Source: Gemmatimonadaceae bacterium
GTDB lineage: Bacteria > Gemmatimonadota > Gemmatimonadetes > Gemmatimonadales > Gemmatimonadaceae
DNA: 64,000 nucleotides
Direction: 5' to 3'
Assembly (NCBI GenBank): GCA_044229035.1
Contig: JBGATT010000005.1
Coordinates: 4,114 to 68,113, forward strand
Below are positions 47,969 to 58,281 of the stretch, piece after piece. Position 1 is the stretch's first letter. Every line of letters starts with the position of its first letter. The notes under the pieces are model-generated. The model was not told the DNA's origin and searched no databases. It saw only the letters and a program-made list of their open reading frames with translations. The position numbers and the translations under genes were made by a program.

Positions 47969-48316
47969 ATGTCCACGCTGCCGCCGTGCCCCGCCTGTGC
48001 CTCCGTCTACACCTACGAGTCGGGGACGCTGCTGGTCTGCCCGGAGTGCGCGCATGAGTGGGTGCCCGGCGCCTCCGCTCCCGCGGACGGCCCCGATGGG
48101 GGGCGCGTGATCCGCGATGCCGTCGGCAACGTCCTCGCCGACGGCGACAGCGTGACCGTGATCAAGGACCTGAAGGTGAAGGGGTCCTCCTCCGTCGTGA
48201 AGGTCGGGACGAAGGTCAAGAACATCCGCCTCGTCGACGGCGACCATGACATCGATTGCCGGATCGACGGGATCGGGCCGATGAAGCTGAAGTCGGAGTT
48301 CGTGAAGAAGGCCTGA
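47969..48316 (+). CDS. yjdM: Zinc-ribbon protein YjdM (PhnA family)
   Basis: CPAC..YTYE....CPECAHEW; [23 protein letters not shown]; HDIDCRIDG; LKSEFVKK. Confidence 0.93.
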   Translation: MSTLPPCPACASVYTYESGTLLVCPECAHEWVPGASAPADGPDGGRVIRDAVGNVLADGDSVTVIKDLKVKGSSSVVKVGTKVKNIRLVDGDHDIDCRIDGIGPMKLKSEFVKKA

Positions 48317-48321
48317 CGCGC

Positions 48322-49353
48322 TCAGCGCCCGGCGGGGCAGATGCTCGCGGCCCGCGCGAACTCGGCCCAGGTGATCACCTGGATGCCGTGCCAGCGGGCC
48401 ATCTCCCGCAGCGCGCCGCTCCGGACCAGCGCCGCGTCGCGCGCGCGCCAGGCGGCGTCGTACTCGCGGTGATCGCGGAACAGGTGCCGCTCCTCGGGCG
48501 TGTCCTCGTCGAGGTGCACGAGGAGCAGCGTCACCCCGGGCCGCATCCCCTCGAAGAGCCCGATGTAGTACGCCTCCCAGTCCGCCGGCGCGACCGACGG
48601 GTCGATGCTCATCAGGTCGGCGAGCGGGAGCTGTCCGTCGTCGAGCGCCTCGGCGAGATAGGGGAACTTGCGGAAGAACGTCTCGGGGATGGGGATGGGC
48701 AGGCAGGCGCGCTTCGCGACGCGGCGCAACGCCGTGAAACGCTCGGCCCCGTGGTACAACAGCGCCCCTTGATGCGAGTCGAGATGGCTCAGGCGGACTC
48801 CCGTCGCGCGCACGCGGGCGAGCTGCGCCTCGAGCTCGCGCTCGATCTCGGCCGGCCGCGCCTCGTCGGTGCCGCCAAGCCGGAGCAGCCCCGCATCGTC
48901 GAGCAGCGAGCCCACCCGCCCCCGTGGCGCAACGGGGGCCCAGCGCATCGCGTCGGTCTCGCTCGTGATCGTGAGGTGCACGCCCAGGTCGAACGTCGTA
49001 TCCTGAGGGAGCGCGGCGACGAACGCGTCGAGGTAAGGGGTGGTCGCGATGATCGAGGACGACGAGATCTGCCGGGCGCGGAGGGCGGCGATGGTGACGC
49101 GGTCGGTCCCCGGGGAGATCGCCGCGTCGTCGGCGGGGAGGATCACGAGTCGCGCGGTGTCGGGCAGGCCGAGGCGAGGCAGGACCGCGCGCGCCGTCGG
49201 GCGCTCGGCGCGCTGGGCACCGGCCGGCCGCGCGACCAGCGACGCCATCAGGAGCATCACGAACGCAGCGCCCCGCGCCCAGCGTCCCGCGCAGCGCCCC
49301 GCGCGCGCGACGCCGTTCAGGCGTGCCCTGTGGCGCATGCCCTGTTCGCTCAC
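48322..49353 (-). CDS. ChbG/YdjC-family carbohydrate deacetylase, probably secreted
   Basis: LVILPADD, DLGVHLT, ELEAQL, SHLDSHQG, LLVH. The GTG start at 49353 overlaps the upstream stop; the exact start is uncertain. Confidence 0.8.
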   Translation of the reverse strand: MSEQGMRHRARLNGVARAGRCAGRWARGAAFVMLLMASLVARPAGAQRAERPTARAVLPRLGLPDTARLVILPADDAAISPGTDRVTIAALRARQISSSSIIATTPYLDAFVAALPQDTTFDLGVHLTITSETDAMRWAPVAPRGRVGSLLDDAGLLRLGGTDEARPAEIERELEAQLARVRATGVRLSHLDSHQGALLYHGAERFTALRRVAKRACLPIPIPETFFRKFPYLAEALDDGQLPLADLMSIDPSVAPADWEAYYIGLFEGMRPGVTLLLVHLDEDTPEERHLFRDHREYDAAWRARDAALVRSGALREMARWHGIQVITWAEFARAASICPAGR

Positions 49354-51985
49354 GGCGCGGCCCACAGTCGCTGGAGGGCGTAGTACGACGGCTTGAGGTA
49401 CTCGTGCCAGGTCGGCGTCTCCCAGGTCGGCCAAGCCCAGGTGGTGAAGTTGGCGAGCGGCCAGTTGCCGTAGGCGTCACGCGCCGGGATCGTACCGGCG
49501 ATGTCCGGCCCCGGGCGCAGCGCGACGAGCCCGAAGCGGAACCCGTCCGTCGCGCGGCCGACGAGCCGCGAGGGCGGCGCATCGGGGCGGCGGCCGAGCG
49601 CCTGTTCGGGATCGCTCTCCCACGCGACCATCCGCGACGAGGGGTCGCTCACGTTGAGCATCGCCCAAGGCAGCCGGAGCTCGATGATCCCCGCCGATTG
49701 GTCGTACCACCAGTCGGCGAGCGAGTTCTCTCGCGCGCGGGCGAACCGGAGGCGCCCCACGTTCATGCCCTGGCCCCGCACCTGCCGCCCCTCGGCGGTG
49801 AAGCGCGGGCGGTTGGTCAGCGCGTAGAGCGTGTCGAACACGGCATCGTAGCGGCGTGTGGAGAGCAGGGGGCGGCGGAAGTGCTCGCCGAAGAAGGCGC
49901 CGCTCTCCACCAGTCGATGCGGCATGTAGAGGAGGTAGTCGGGCGTCACCTTGAGCTGCGCATCGTTCGCGCTGTTCAGCTCGACGAGGAACTCGAATGC
50001 CGCGCTGCTCCGGATACCGCTCGTCGGCAACACCACCTGTCCGAGCGACGGGTCGTGCGTGTCGATCGCGAGCTGGAACCGCACCGAGTCCCACGGGAAC
50101 CGCCGGCCGCGCCATGCCGGTGACTCGATCGCCACGAAGACGAAGCCTTCATCGTTCCCCACGCGCAGCGTCACCGTGTCGCGTCCGACGATCGCGCCCG
50201 TCCCGTACACGCCAGGCCGTAGTGCTCCTCGGAACTCATCATGTTCTGCCACATCCGGCCGCGTTCGGCGGGGAGCTCCGTCCCCATCGCGAACCAGTTG
50301 CGCTTGAACCACTCGTCCATCCACGCGAAGACGAGCGCGCCCGCACCGCCCGCCTCGCGGATCTCCGTCGCCATTCGTGCGTTCGCCCCGCCTGCGGCCT
50401 GCTCGGTCACGCCGCCGTGGTGCCAGCCCTGCGGTTGCAGGTGCGCGTTCCCGCGGCTCGTCGGCACGCCGAACTCGGCGACCACGAACGGGATCCCGCG
50501 GTGCACGCGGCGGAGGTCCTGCAGGTAGCCGAAGAAGTTCGAGCGCCCCAGGCTCGACGCGGCGCGCGAATACCCCGGGTCGTAGAGCATGAAGTCCGGG
50601 TAGTACGGATAGACGTGGTAGCTCGCGAACCACCCCGCGACGTTGCGCGGCGTCCGGCGCACGAGGGACGGATCGAGCGTGACCCCTTCCTCCTCGTGCA
50701 CGTCGGGGTCGTTCGGATCACGGTCGTAACGCAGGCCGCGGAACCGCATCTGCTGGTCGTACGACGTCTCGGTCGGGTGCGCGATCGGGTCGGTCGTCGG
50801 CCAGTTGGTGTAGGCGATGGGCCGCTGCGCGTTGTAGGTCTCCTCCTCGTACGTGAGCAGGAGGTCGCACTGCCGCACCATCCAGACATCGGTCGCCGTG
50901 CCCCGCGCGACGGTGAGGTGCCGACCCGCATAGCTGCGGGCCGCTCGCGGATCGCGATTGAACCCGATCACCGAGTATGGCTCCCACTCGCGGCCGAGGA
51001 TGTAGGCGATCGTCCAAGGGGAGACGTCGGCGTCGTAGCGACCGCTCGCGTGACCGGGCGAGCCCGGGAGCACCGCCGCGCCATGGAGGACGTCCACGAC
51101 GCGCCGGATCTCCTCGGCGAAGGCCGCGTTGAAGGCGGCATCGTCGAAGTCGTTGCGCGGCGGCAGCTCGGTCCAGACGCCGTGCACGAGGTAGAGCGGC
51201 GTGGCGGGGTGCGACAGGTTGTGCGCCCGCAGGGCGCGATAGAACTCCGGCGGGAGGATCGTGTAGACCCGGATCGTGTTCGCGTGCATCGCCGCGATCT
51301 GCCCGAGCCAGCGCGCGTAGAGAGCCGTGTCGGTGGGCGCTTCGGACGGGAACCGGCCTGGGAGGGCGAGTCCGAGGTTGACGCCCTTCATGAAGAAGGG
51401 GACCCAGGTCGCACCGCGACGGAGTTCGAATCCCTCTCCTTTCACCCGAAGCGTGAGGTCCAGCGTCGCCGCGCGTCGGCGCTCCAGTGGCGCGGTCCCC
51501 GGCGCGGTGCCGGCCAGCCGTTCGAGCTGCGACCGCAGATCGGCACGGGCGGGCGAGAGCGAGGCGGCCCGCTGCCAGGCGGCGAAGGCGGCGGCGACAT
51601 CGCCCATGCGCTCGGCCGTCATCGCGCGGCCCTCCCACGCATCGGTGGAGATGCTGTCGCGGCCCGTTGCGGCACGGAAGAGCGAGTCGGCGGTGCTGAC
51701 ATCGCCGGCGCGCAGTCGCGTGAAGCCCAGCCCGGTGGCGGCGTCGTCGTTGGTCGGGCAGGCGCGGAGCGCCGTCCGGAAGATCGCCTCCGCCTCGTCG
51801 ATCGCCTCGCGACGATAGGCCTGCCAGGCCTCGGCAACGACGGAGTCGGTACCGGTCGGACAAGCGGTGGGCGCGCCGGGTGCTCGCGGCCGGGGCTCCT
51901 GCGCGCCCGTGGCGGCCCCGCACACGATCGCCGCGAGCCCGGCGAGGGCGACCAGGCTGAGAGCGGAGCGACGCGGGCGCGGCAT
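49350..51985 (-). pseudogene. Secreted TPR plus uncharacterised GH-A-like TIM-barrel protein, split by a frameshift near 50210
   Basis: Frame 1 (51985-50171): signal peptide, TPRs, KGVNLG, ANTIRVYT, GREWEP, SYHVYPYYPDF, AEFGVP, WMDEWFK, EEHYGL, then a stop 12 codons later. Protein-like sequence continues in another frame (LRVGNDEGFVFVAIE...ELRLPW.MLNVSDPS...KPSYYALQ) to the stop at 49350. Confidence 0.75.
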
Positions 51986-52081
51986 GCTCGAAAGGTGTAC
52001 GCCTTCTGGCTCGCGGGCGACCCCGAGGCAGCACGAGGTCGTCTCTTGACGCACCGGCCCGAGGGACGCGTACTTCCCCGG

Positions 52082-53620
52082 ATGAACGCACAAGGATTCG
52101 GCTGGCTCGACCTCCTCGTACTCGTCGCCTACCTCGGCGGCACGACGGCCCTCGGCCTCTGGGTCGGCCGGTCGCAGAAGGACGGCAAGGACTACTTCGT
52201 CGGCGACGGCTCCATCCCATGGTGGGCCGTGATGTTCTCCATCGTCGCGAGCGAGACCAGCGCACTCACCTTCATCTCCTCGCCGGGCCTGTCGTACGGT
52301 GGAGGACCGGGGCTCGGCGACCTTGGCTTCCTGCAGGTGGTCGCGGGGTACATCGTGGGCCGGTTCGTCATCGCCTGGCTGCTGTTGCCGCGCTACTTCG
52401 GTGGCAAGCTCGTGACGGCCTATGCGCTGCTCGAGACGCGCTTCGGCACCGCCACGCGTCGCTTCACGAGCATCGTGTTCATGGTCACGCGCGGACTCGC
52501 CGATTCGGTGCGCGTCTTCGCGACCGCAATCCCCGTCGCCCTCATCGTCGGGCCCGCCGTCGGCAACGACAAGCTCGTGATGCCCGCGGCGATCCTGCTC
52601 CTCGGCCTCCTGACCGTCGTCTACACGTACAAGGGCGGCATGAAGGCGGTCGTGTGGACCGAACTCATCCAGGCGACGATCTACGTGAGCGGGGGGCTCA
52701 TCGCCGTCGTCCTCATCGGACGCGCCGTCCCAGGCGGCTGGAGCGAGATCTGGGGATCGGCCGCCGCGGCCGGCAAGACGCGCATGGTCGACACCTACCT
52801 CGGCATCGACCGGCCGCACACGATCTTCGCCGGCCTCCTCGGCGGCGCCTTCATCGCGCTCGGCTCGCACGGCACCGACCAGACGATGGTCCAGCGGATG
52901 CTCGCGTCACGCACGCTGAAGGACGCGCAGCGCGCGATCATCGGCTCGGGCTTCGCCGTCTTCGCGCAGTTCTTCCTCTTCCTGACCATCGGGCTCGGCC
53001 TCTGGGCGTTCTACCAGGGCCGCGTCTTCCCCGCGACGGACGTGATCTTCCCCACCTTCATCATCGAGCAGATGCCGGCCGGGCTGCTCGGGCTCATCGT
53101 CGCCGCGATCGTCGCCGCGACCATGAGCACGCACTCGGGCGCGATCAACTCGCTCGCCGCGGCGACGACGCACGACATCTACCTGCCGCTCACCAAGCGC
53201 GCGCCCGACGACCCGCGCGCGCTCGTCATGGGCAAGCGCTTCGCCCTCGTCTGGGGCGTCGGGCTCACGCTCGGCGCGCTCCTCTTCAAGGCCCAGGGCA
53301 CGCCGGTGGTGGTGATCGCGCTCTCGATCGCGTCGTTCACGCAGGGCGGGCTCGTCGGCGGGTTCCTGCTCGGGATCCTCTGGAAGCGCGCCATCCAGCG
53401 CGACGCGATCCTCGGCATGTCCGTCGCGATCGGCACGATGGCGTTCATCGTGTTCGCCAAGCAGATCGTGGCGGCCTATCCCGGGATGGCCGGGATGCTC
53501 GGCGGGGTCGCGCGGATCGCCTGGCCCTGGTACGTGCTCATCGGCACGTCGCTCACGATGGCCGTCGGGATCCTCTCGTCGTACACGCATCCGATGCCCG
53601 CGGAGCGGCCGGCGGCCTGA
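52082..53620 (+). CDS. Sodium:solute symporter (SSS family)
   Basis: DYFVG..IPWWAVMFSIVASETSALTFIS.PG, GGMKAVVWT, GTDQTMVQR, AATMST. Confidence 0.92.
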   Translation: MNAQGFGWLDLLVLVAYLGGTTALGLWVGRSQKDGKDYFVGDGSIPWWAVMFSIVASETSALTFISSPGLSYGGGPGLGDLGFLQVVAGYIVGRFVIAWLLLPRYFGGKLVTAYALLETRFGTATRRFTSIVFMVTRGLADSVRVFATAIPVALIVGPAVGNDKLVMPAAILLLGLLTVVYTYKGGMKAVVWTELIQATIYVSGGLIAVVLIGRAVPGGWSEIWGSAAAAGKTRMVDTYLGIDRPHTIFAGLLGGAFIALGSHGTDQTMVQRMLASRTLKDAQRAIIGSGFAVFAQFFLFLTIGLGLWAFYQGRVFPATDVIFPTFIIEQMPAGLLGLIVAAIVAATMSTHSGAINSLAAATTHDIYLPLTKRAPDDPRALVMGKRFALVWGVGLTLGALLFKAQGTPVVVIALSIASFTQGGLVGGFLLGILWKRAIQRDAILGMSVAIGTMAFIVFAKQIVAAYPGMAGMLGGVARIAWPWYVLIGTSLTMAVGILSSYTHPMPAERPAA

Positions 53621-53627
53621 CCGCCCC

Positions 53628-53663
53628 CGCGCTCACCCGGCGCGCATCGCCCGGGTGAGCGCG
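53628..53663. terminator. Hairpin at the convergent junction
   Basis: CGCGCTCACCCGG (53628-53640) and CCGGGTGAGCGCG (53651-53663) form a perfect 13-bp stem. Confidence 0.45.
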
Positions 53664-54091
53664 CGGTCGAGCGCGTTGGCGAAGGCCTGCTTCTCCCGCG
53701 CACCGTACGCGGCGTGGCCGCCGGTGTCGACGCCGGTCGAGCGAAGGCTCTCCATGAAATTCCGGACCGAGAGCCGTTCGCCGATGCTCTCGGCCGTGAA
53801 CACCTCGCCGCGTGGATCGATCACCGCCACGCCCTTCGGTACGAGCAACGCGGCGAGCGGGATGTCCTGCGTCACCGCCACGTCGCCCGCGACCGACTGC
53901 TCGGCGATGTAGCGGTCGGCCGCGTCGGCCGAGCCGTCGACGCGCACGGCCGAGAGCAGGGGATATCCCGGCGGGAGCGTGAGCCGCAGGTTCGCGACGA
54001 GCACCGTCTCGAGCTTGAGCCGGTCGCAGGCGCGGTAGCAGATCTCCTTCACCACCTGCGGCGCGGCGTCGGCGTCGATCCAGAGCCTCAT
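53633..54091 (-). CDS. yaiI: YaiI/YqxD (DUF188, PIN-like) protein
   Basis: MRLWIDADAAP.VVKE, DAADRYI, VTQDIPLAA, DPRGE, FANALDR. Confidence 0.9.
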   Translation of the reverse strand: MRLWIDADAAPQVVKEICYRACDRLKLETVLVANLRLTLPPGYPLLSAVRVDGSADAADRYIAEQSVAGDVAVTQDIPLAALLVPKGVAVIDPRGEVFTAESIGERLSVRNFMESLRSTGVDTGGHAAYGAREKQAFANALDRALTRAMRAG

Positions 54092-55032
54092 CGTGCAGCC
54101 TGTTCGAGGATGAACGTGCGGACCGTGCCCCACACCTCGCGCGCGTGCGTGAGTTGCGCGTTGTGGTCGCCGGCGACGCGCACCAGGCGTGCTCCGGGGA
54201 TGTGCGCCTGCGCGAACTCCGCCTGCGCCATCGGGACCGTGATGTCCCTCGTCCCGGCGAGGATCAGCGTCGGCGCGGTGATGCCGTCGATCGGCCACCC
54301 CTCGGGTCGGTCGAACTGGTGCTGGTCGTTGTCGTCGCCGGCGCGACGACGGGCGCGCGGCACGGTGGAGGCGAGCAAAGCTTCGGCGGATCGCACCATC
54401 GCCGTGTCAGCGGGATCGAAGTCGGGGATGGTCGCGAACCGCGTCGAGAAACGCCAGGTGTACCAGTCGTCCAGCCCGATCGCGTCCATGAGCCGCTGGC
54501 GGCGACCGACGGGATCGGGCGGCGTGCGGCTGGTGATCGCGAACACGAGGGTCAGGGTGCTCGTGCGCGCGGGGTAGAGACGCGCGAACTGCAGGGCCGA
54601 GGGGCCGCCGCCGGAGACGCCGACGACGGCGACCCGCGGGATGCCGAGCGAATCGAGCAACGCGGCGAAGAGATGCGCCTGCTCCTCTGGAGTCGCGCCC
54701 GAGGACAGCGGGGTGCGGAGATAGCCAGGTCGCGAGGGGACGATCGAGTGGAGTCCATCGCCGAACTCGGCGCGCGCGAGGACGGCGCGGGAGAGCTGGT
54801 CGTAGCCGCCGGGGTTGCCGTGGAGCCAGAGGACGGGCACGCCGGCGGTCGTGTCGCCGAGGGTGAGGAACTCGACCGGGCCGCGCGTGGTCACGAGGAG
54901 ACGCGAGTCGCCCCCGACCGTCGCCGAGAGCGCGCGTCGCCAGCTGGCATACCGCACGAGCGGGATGGCGGCCGCCACCGCAGCGACGGTCAGGGCGGCG
55001 AGCGCGATGCGCGGGAGCCAGGTGGGGGACAC
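54088..55032 (-). CDS. Alpha/beta hydrolase
   Basis: LHGNPGGYDQ, SRPGYLRT, nucleophile GVSGGG, GTRD, GDH. GTG start inferred. Confidence 0.88.
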   Translation of the reverse strand: MSPTWLPRIALAALTVAAVAAAIPLVRYASWRRALSATVGGDSRLLVTTRGPVEFLTLGDTTAGVPVLWLHGNPGGYDQLSRAVLARAEFGDGLHSIVPSRPGYLRTPLSSGATPEEQAHLFAALLDSLGIPRVAVVGVSGGGPSALQFARLYPARTSTLTLVFAITSRTPPDPVGRRQRLMDAIGLDDWYTWRFSTRFATIPDFDPADTAMVRSAEALLASTVPRARRRAGDDNDQHQFDRPEGWPIDGITAPTLILAGTRDITVPMAQAEFAQAHIPGARLVRVAGDHNAQLTHAREVWGTVRTFILEQAAR

Positions 55033-55144
55033 GCGCGGAAGATATCGTCCGCAGCGCCCTATGGCGCCTGCTCCCCGCATCGGCGAACTTCGGGGTCGCT
55101 GGATCGCTGTCCGACTCCCCCCGCGCCGTCCCCCCGACCGTCTC

Positions 55145-57061
55145 ATGAACATCTCCTGGATCGACTGGGTCATCGCGTTCGTCTCGATCGCCATCTGCTT
55201 CGTCCCCGCGCTCTTCCTCGCCAAGCGCTCCGGCGAGAACACCTCGGAGTTCTTCGCCTCGGGGCGTTCGGTCCCTTGGTGGCTCGCCGGGCTGTCGATG
55301 GTCGCGACGACCTTCTCGTCCGACACCCCCAACTGGGTGACCGAGCAGGTGCGCCGCTACGGCGTCGCTGGCAACTGGCAGTGGTGGGCCTTCGTCCTCA
55401 CCGGCATCGCGACCGTCTTCTTCTTCGCGCGCCTCTGGCGCCGATCCGGCGTCCTCACCGACCTCGAGTTCTACGAACTCCGCTACTCCGGGCAGTCGGC
55501 GTCCGTCGTGCGCGGCTTCCGCGCCGTCTACCTCGGCCTCTTCTTCAACTGCTTCATCATGGGGATGGTGACGCTCGCGGCCTGCAAGATCGCGAACATC
55601 CTCTTCGGCCTCCCGGCCTGGCAGACGATCATCCTCACCGGCATCCTCAACGTCGCCTTCGCCGCGCACTCCGGGCTCTGGGGCGTGCTGGTGATCGACA
55701 TGATCCAGTTCTTCATCAAGATGACCGCGGTCTTCGCCGCCGCCTGGTTCTCGCTCGTCGAGGTCGGCCGCCGGCTCGCCGGCGATGCGAGCGGCTGGGT
55801 CGGACTCAAGCTCCTCGTCGCGAAGCTGTCGACCATGCAGGTGAACCAGGGCACCGCCGCCGGTGACCAGCCGGTCATGTCGGTCTCCGACGGCGCGGGC
55901 CAGCCGATCCTCGACATGATGCCGAACTTCGGCATGTCCGAGCTCGCGCTCATGATCTTCATCCTGCCCATCGCCGTCAGCTGGTGGGCGAACTGGTACC
56001 CGGGGGCGGAGCCGGGCGGCGGTTCGTACATCGCGCAGCGCATGCTCGCCTCCAAGAGCGAGAAGGACGCGCTCGGCGGGACGCTCTTCTTCAACGTCGC
56101 GCACTACGTGCTGCGCCCCTGGCCGTGGATCATCACGGCGCTCTGCTCGATCATCGTCTACCCCGACCTCGCGTCCATCAAGGCCGCCTTCCCGAACGCC
56201 GACGTCGCCCTCATCGGCCACGACTCGGCCTTCCCGGCGATGCTCAAGTTCCTGCCGGTCGGCTTCGTGGGTCTCATGATCGGCGGTCTGCTCGCCGCGA
56301 ACTCCTCGACGATCCTCACGCACCTCAACTGGGGCTCGTCGTACCTGGTGCACGACTTCTATCGCCGCTTCATCCGGAAGGACGCGAGCGAGGCGCACTA
56401 CGTGAACGCCGGGCGTCTCTCGACGGTGATGCTCTACGTCGTGGCCGCGCTGCTCTCGCTCACCATGAGCTCGGCGCAGCAGGCCTTCCAGGTGCTGCTC
56501 TCCATCGGCGCGGGCACCGGCCTCCTCTACATCGCGCGCTGGTTCTGGTGGCGTGTCTCCGCGTGGTGCGAGATCGTCGCGATGGTCATGTCGCTCATCA
56601 CGTCGCTCGTCGTCCCGAAGTTGATGCCCGAGGCCGGCTTCGCGACGGTCACCATCGTGCAGGTCGGCATCACGACCATCGCCTGGCTGATCACCGCGTT
56701 CGTCGGCCCGATGACGGACCGGAAGGTCCTCGTCTCCTTCGTGCAGAAGGTGAAGCCGGTCGGTCCGGGCTGGACCGACATCCGCCGCGAGGCGGGGATC
56801 AGCGACGCGGAGGTGGCGCAGGAGAACCGCGTGGGCGCTGCCTTCGTCGGGTGGATCGCCGGCTGCCTCGTCATCTGGTCGTCGCTCTTCGCGATCGGGA
56901 ACTTCCTCTACAGCTCGGGGGATCCCTCGCGCCTCACGTCGGCCTGGCTCCTCACCGGGGTCTTCGTCGTGAGCGGCGTCGTGCTGCTGCGGGTGACGAA
57001 GCAGCTGTGGGCGGACAGCACGGCCTCGCAGGCGCGCGCGGACGCGCGCGCGGCGGGCTGA
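55145..57061 (+). CDS. Sodium:solute symporter (SSS family)
   Basis: FFASGRSVPWWLAGLSMVATTFSSDTP, GLWGVLVIDMIQF, GGGSYIAQRML, STILTHLNWGSSY. Confidence 0.92.
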   Translation: MNISWIDWVIAFVSIAICFVPALFLAKRSGENTSEFFASGRSVPWWLAGLSMVATTFSSDTPNWVTEQVRRYGVAGNWQWWAFVLTGIATVFFFARLWRRSGVLTDLEFYELRYSGQSASVVRGFRAVYLGLFFNCFIMGMVTLAACKIANILFGLPAWQTIILTGILNVAFAAHSGLWGVLVIDMIQFFIKMTAVFAAAWFSLVEVGRRLAGDASGWVGLKLLVAKLSTMQVNQGTAAGDQPVMSVSDGAGQPILDMMPNFGMSELALMIFILPIAVSWWANWYPGAEPGGGSYIAQRMLASKSEKDALGGTLFFNVAHYVLRPWPWIITALCSIIVYPDLASIKAAFPNADVALIGHDSAFPAMLKFLPVGFVGLMIGGLLAANSSTILTHLNWGSSYLVHDFYRRFIRKDASEAHYVNAGRLSTVMLYVVAALLSLTMSSAQQAFQVLLSIGAGTGLLYIARWFWWRVSAWCEIVAMVMSLITSLVVPKLMPEAGFATVTIVQVGITTIAWLITAFVGPMTDRKVLVSFVQKVKPVGPGWTDIRREAGISDAEVAQENRVGAAFVGWIAGCLVIWSSLFAIGNFLYSSGDPSRLTSAWLLTGVFVVSGVVLLRVTKQLWADSTASQARADARAAG

Positions 57062-57081
57062 GCTCCGCCAGGCACCGGTAC

Positions 57082-57104
57082 GCGGCCGGGCACCACCCGG
57101 CCGC
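57082..57104. terminator. Hairpin between convergent genes
   Basis: GCGGCCGGG-CACCA-CCCGGCCGC, 9-bp stem. Confidence 0.4.
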
Positions 57105-57517
57105 TACCCGGCCGCGAACCAGGCGGCGATGATCACGCCGATCGGCGCGGCGCTCCACGCCGCGACGACGCTCCCCATCAGCCACGCCTCCAGTCGCAGG
57201 AGCTGCGCGAACCGCTCGGGCTCCTGCTCCGCGCGTGCGAGTTCGATCTCGCTCCCCGGCGCCCGGAACACGCGGTCGAGCACCATCGTGCCACCCGCTC
57301 GCAGCGCGCGATGGCGGCGGACGGCTCGGTATCCGAGGTAGATCGGCACGACGAGCCCGAAGGGGACGTTCTGATGCCCGCTCCACATCCGGACGAACAG
57401 GTCGGCGCCCGCGATGATCGGCCAGCCGACGAGACTGCCCAGCATGAGGGGGAGCCACCAGAGGAGGCGCCCCACGTGGAGCCCGTGGCCGGCGACGTAC
57501 GAGATCTTCGGGCGCAT
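57104..57517 (-). CDS. Hypothetical membrane protein
   Basis: 137-aa ORF with about 3 hydrophobic segments that fills the gap between confident genes. Confidence 0.55.
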   Translation of the reverse strand: MRPKISYVAGHGLHVGRLLWWLPLMLGSLVGWPIIAGADLFVRMWSGHQNVPFGLVVPIYLGYRAVRRHRALRAGGTMVLDRVFRAPGSEIELARAEQEPERFAQLLRLEAWLMGSVVAAWSAAPIGVIIAAWFAAG

Positions 57518-57624
57518 GGAGCCGTCCGGCGTTGGGGGAGTCGAGTGCAGACGTCGTGTGGTGCTGCTGCGTCACGTGGCGGCGGCGCCGCTGCCGACGC
57601 CGGAGGATCGGTGTATCATCCGGC

Positions 57625-58275
57625 ATGGCCCAGCATCGCCCGCAGACCCGCGCCGAGGAGCTCGCGAACAGCCTGTCGCACGGATCGGGCCTGCTGCTCG
57701 CCGCCGCCGCGCTGCCGGTGCTCATCGTCACCGCCGACCGGACGAGCCCCCTGACGCTCCTCGGGCGCGCCATCTTCGGCGTGACGATGATCCTCTGCTA
57801 TCTCACGTCGACCGTCTATCACGCGCTCCACGACGGCCGCGCCAAGCGGGTCTTCCGGGTCCTCGACCACTCGGCGATCTACCTGCTGATCGCCGGGACC
57901 TACACCCCCTTCCTGCTCGGCGCGATGCGCGGCGCGTGGGGCTGGTCGCTCCTCGGGGTCGTCTGGACGCTCGCGTTGGCGGGCATCATCGCCAAGCTGA
58001 CCATCGGGTTCCGCTTCCCGCGCCTGTCGACCGCCTTCTACGTGGCGATGGGCTGGCTCGCGGTCGTCGCGGTGCAACCGATGCTGGCGAACGTCTCGGG
58101 ATCGGGGATCCTCTGGCTCCTCGCGGGTGGCCTCTGCTACACCGGCGGCGTGGTCTTCTACGTCACCGACGCCAGGCTCCGCTTCGGGCATGCCGTCTGG
58201 CATCTCTTCGTCCTGGGCGGGACCGCCTGCCACTTCGTCGCCGTCCTCTACCACTCGGCCACCCGGCTGGCCTGA
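57625..58275 (+). CDS. Hemolysin III / PAQR family membrane protein (TrhA/YqfA-like)
   Basis: EELANSLSHG, STVYH, LDHSAIYLLIAGTYTPF, YVAMGW, HAVWHLFVLGG..CH. Confidence 0.92.
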   Translation: MAQHRPQTRAEELANSLSHGSGLLLAAAALPVLIVTADRTSPLTLLGRAIFGVTMILCYLTSTVYHALHDGRAKRVFRVLDHSAIYLLIAGTYTPFLLGAMRGAWGWSLLGVVWTLALAGIIAKLTIGFRFPRLSTAFYVAMGWLAVVAVQPMLANVSGSGILWLLAGGLCYTGGVVFYVTDARLRFGHAVWHLFVLGGTACHFVAVLYHSATRLA

Positions 58276-58281
58276 GTTCGG

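Noticed and set aside
50195-50230. Programmed ribosomal frameshift in the TPR-GH gene
   Set aside because: No slippery heptamer or homopolymer at the junction; a deletion or assembly error is more parsimonious.
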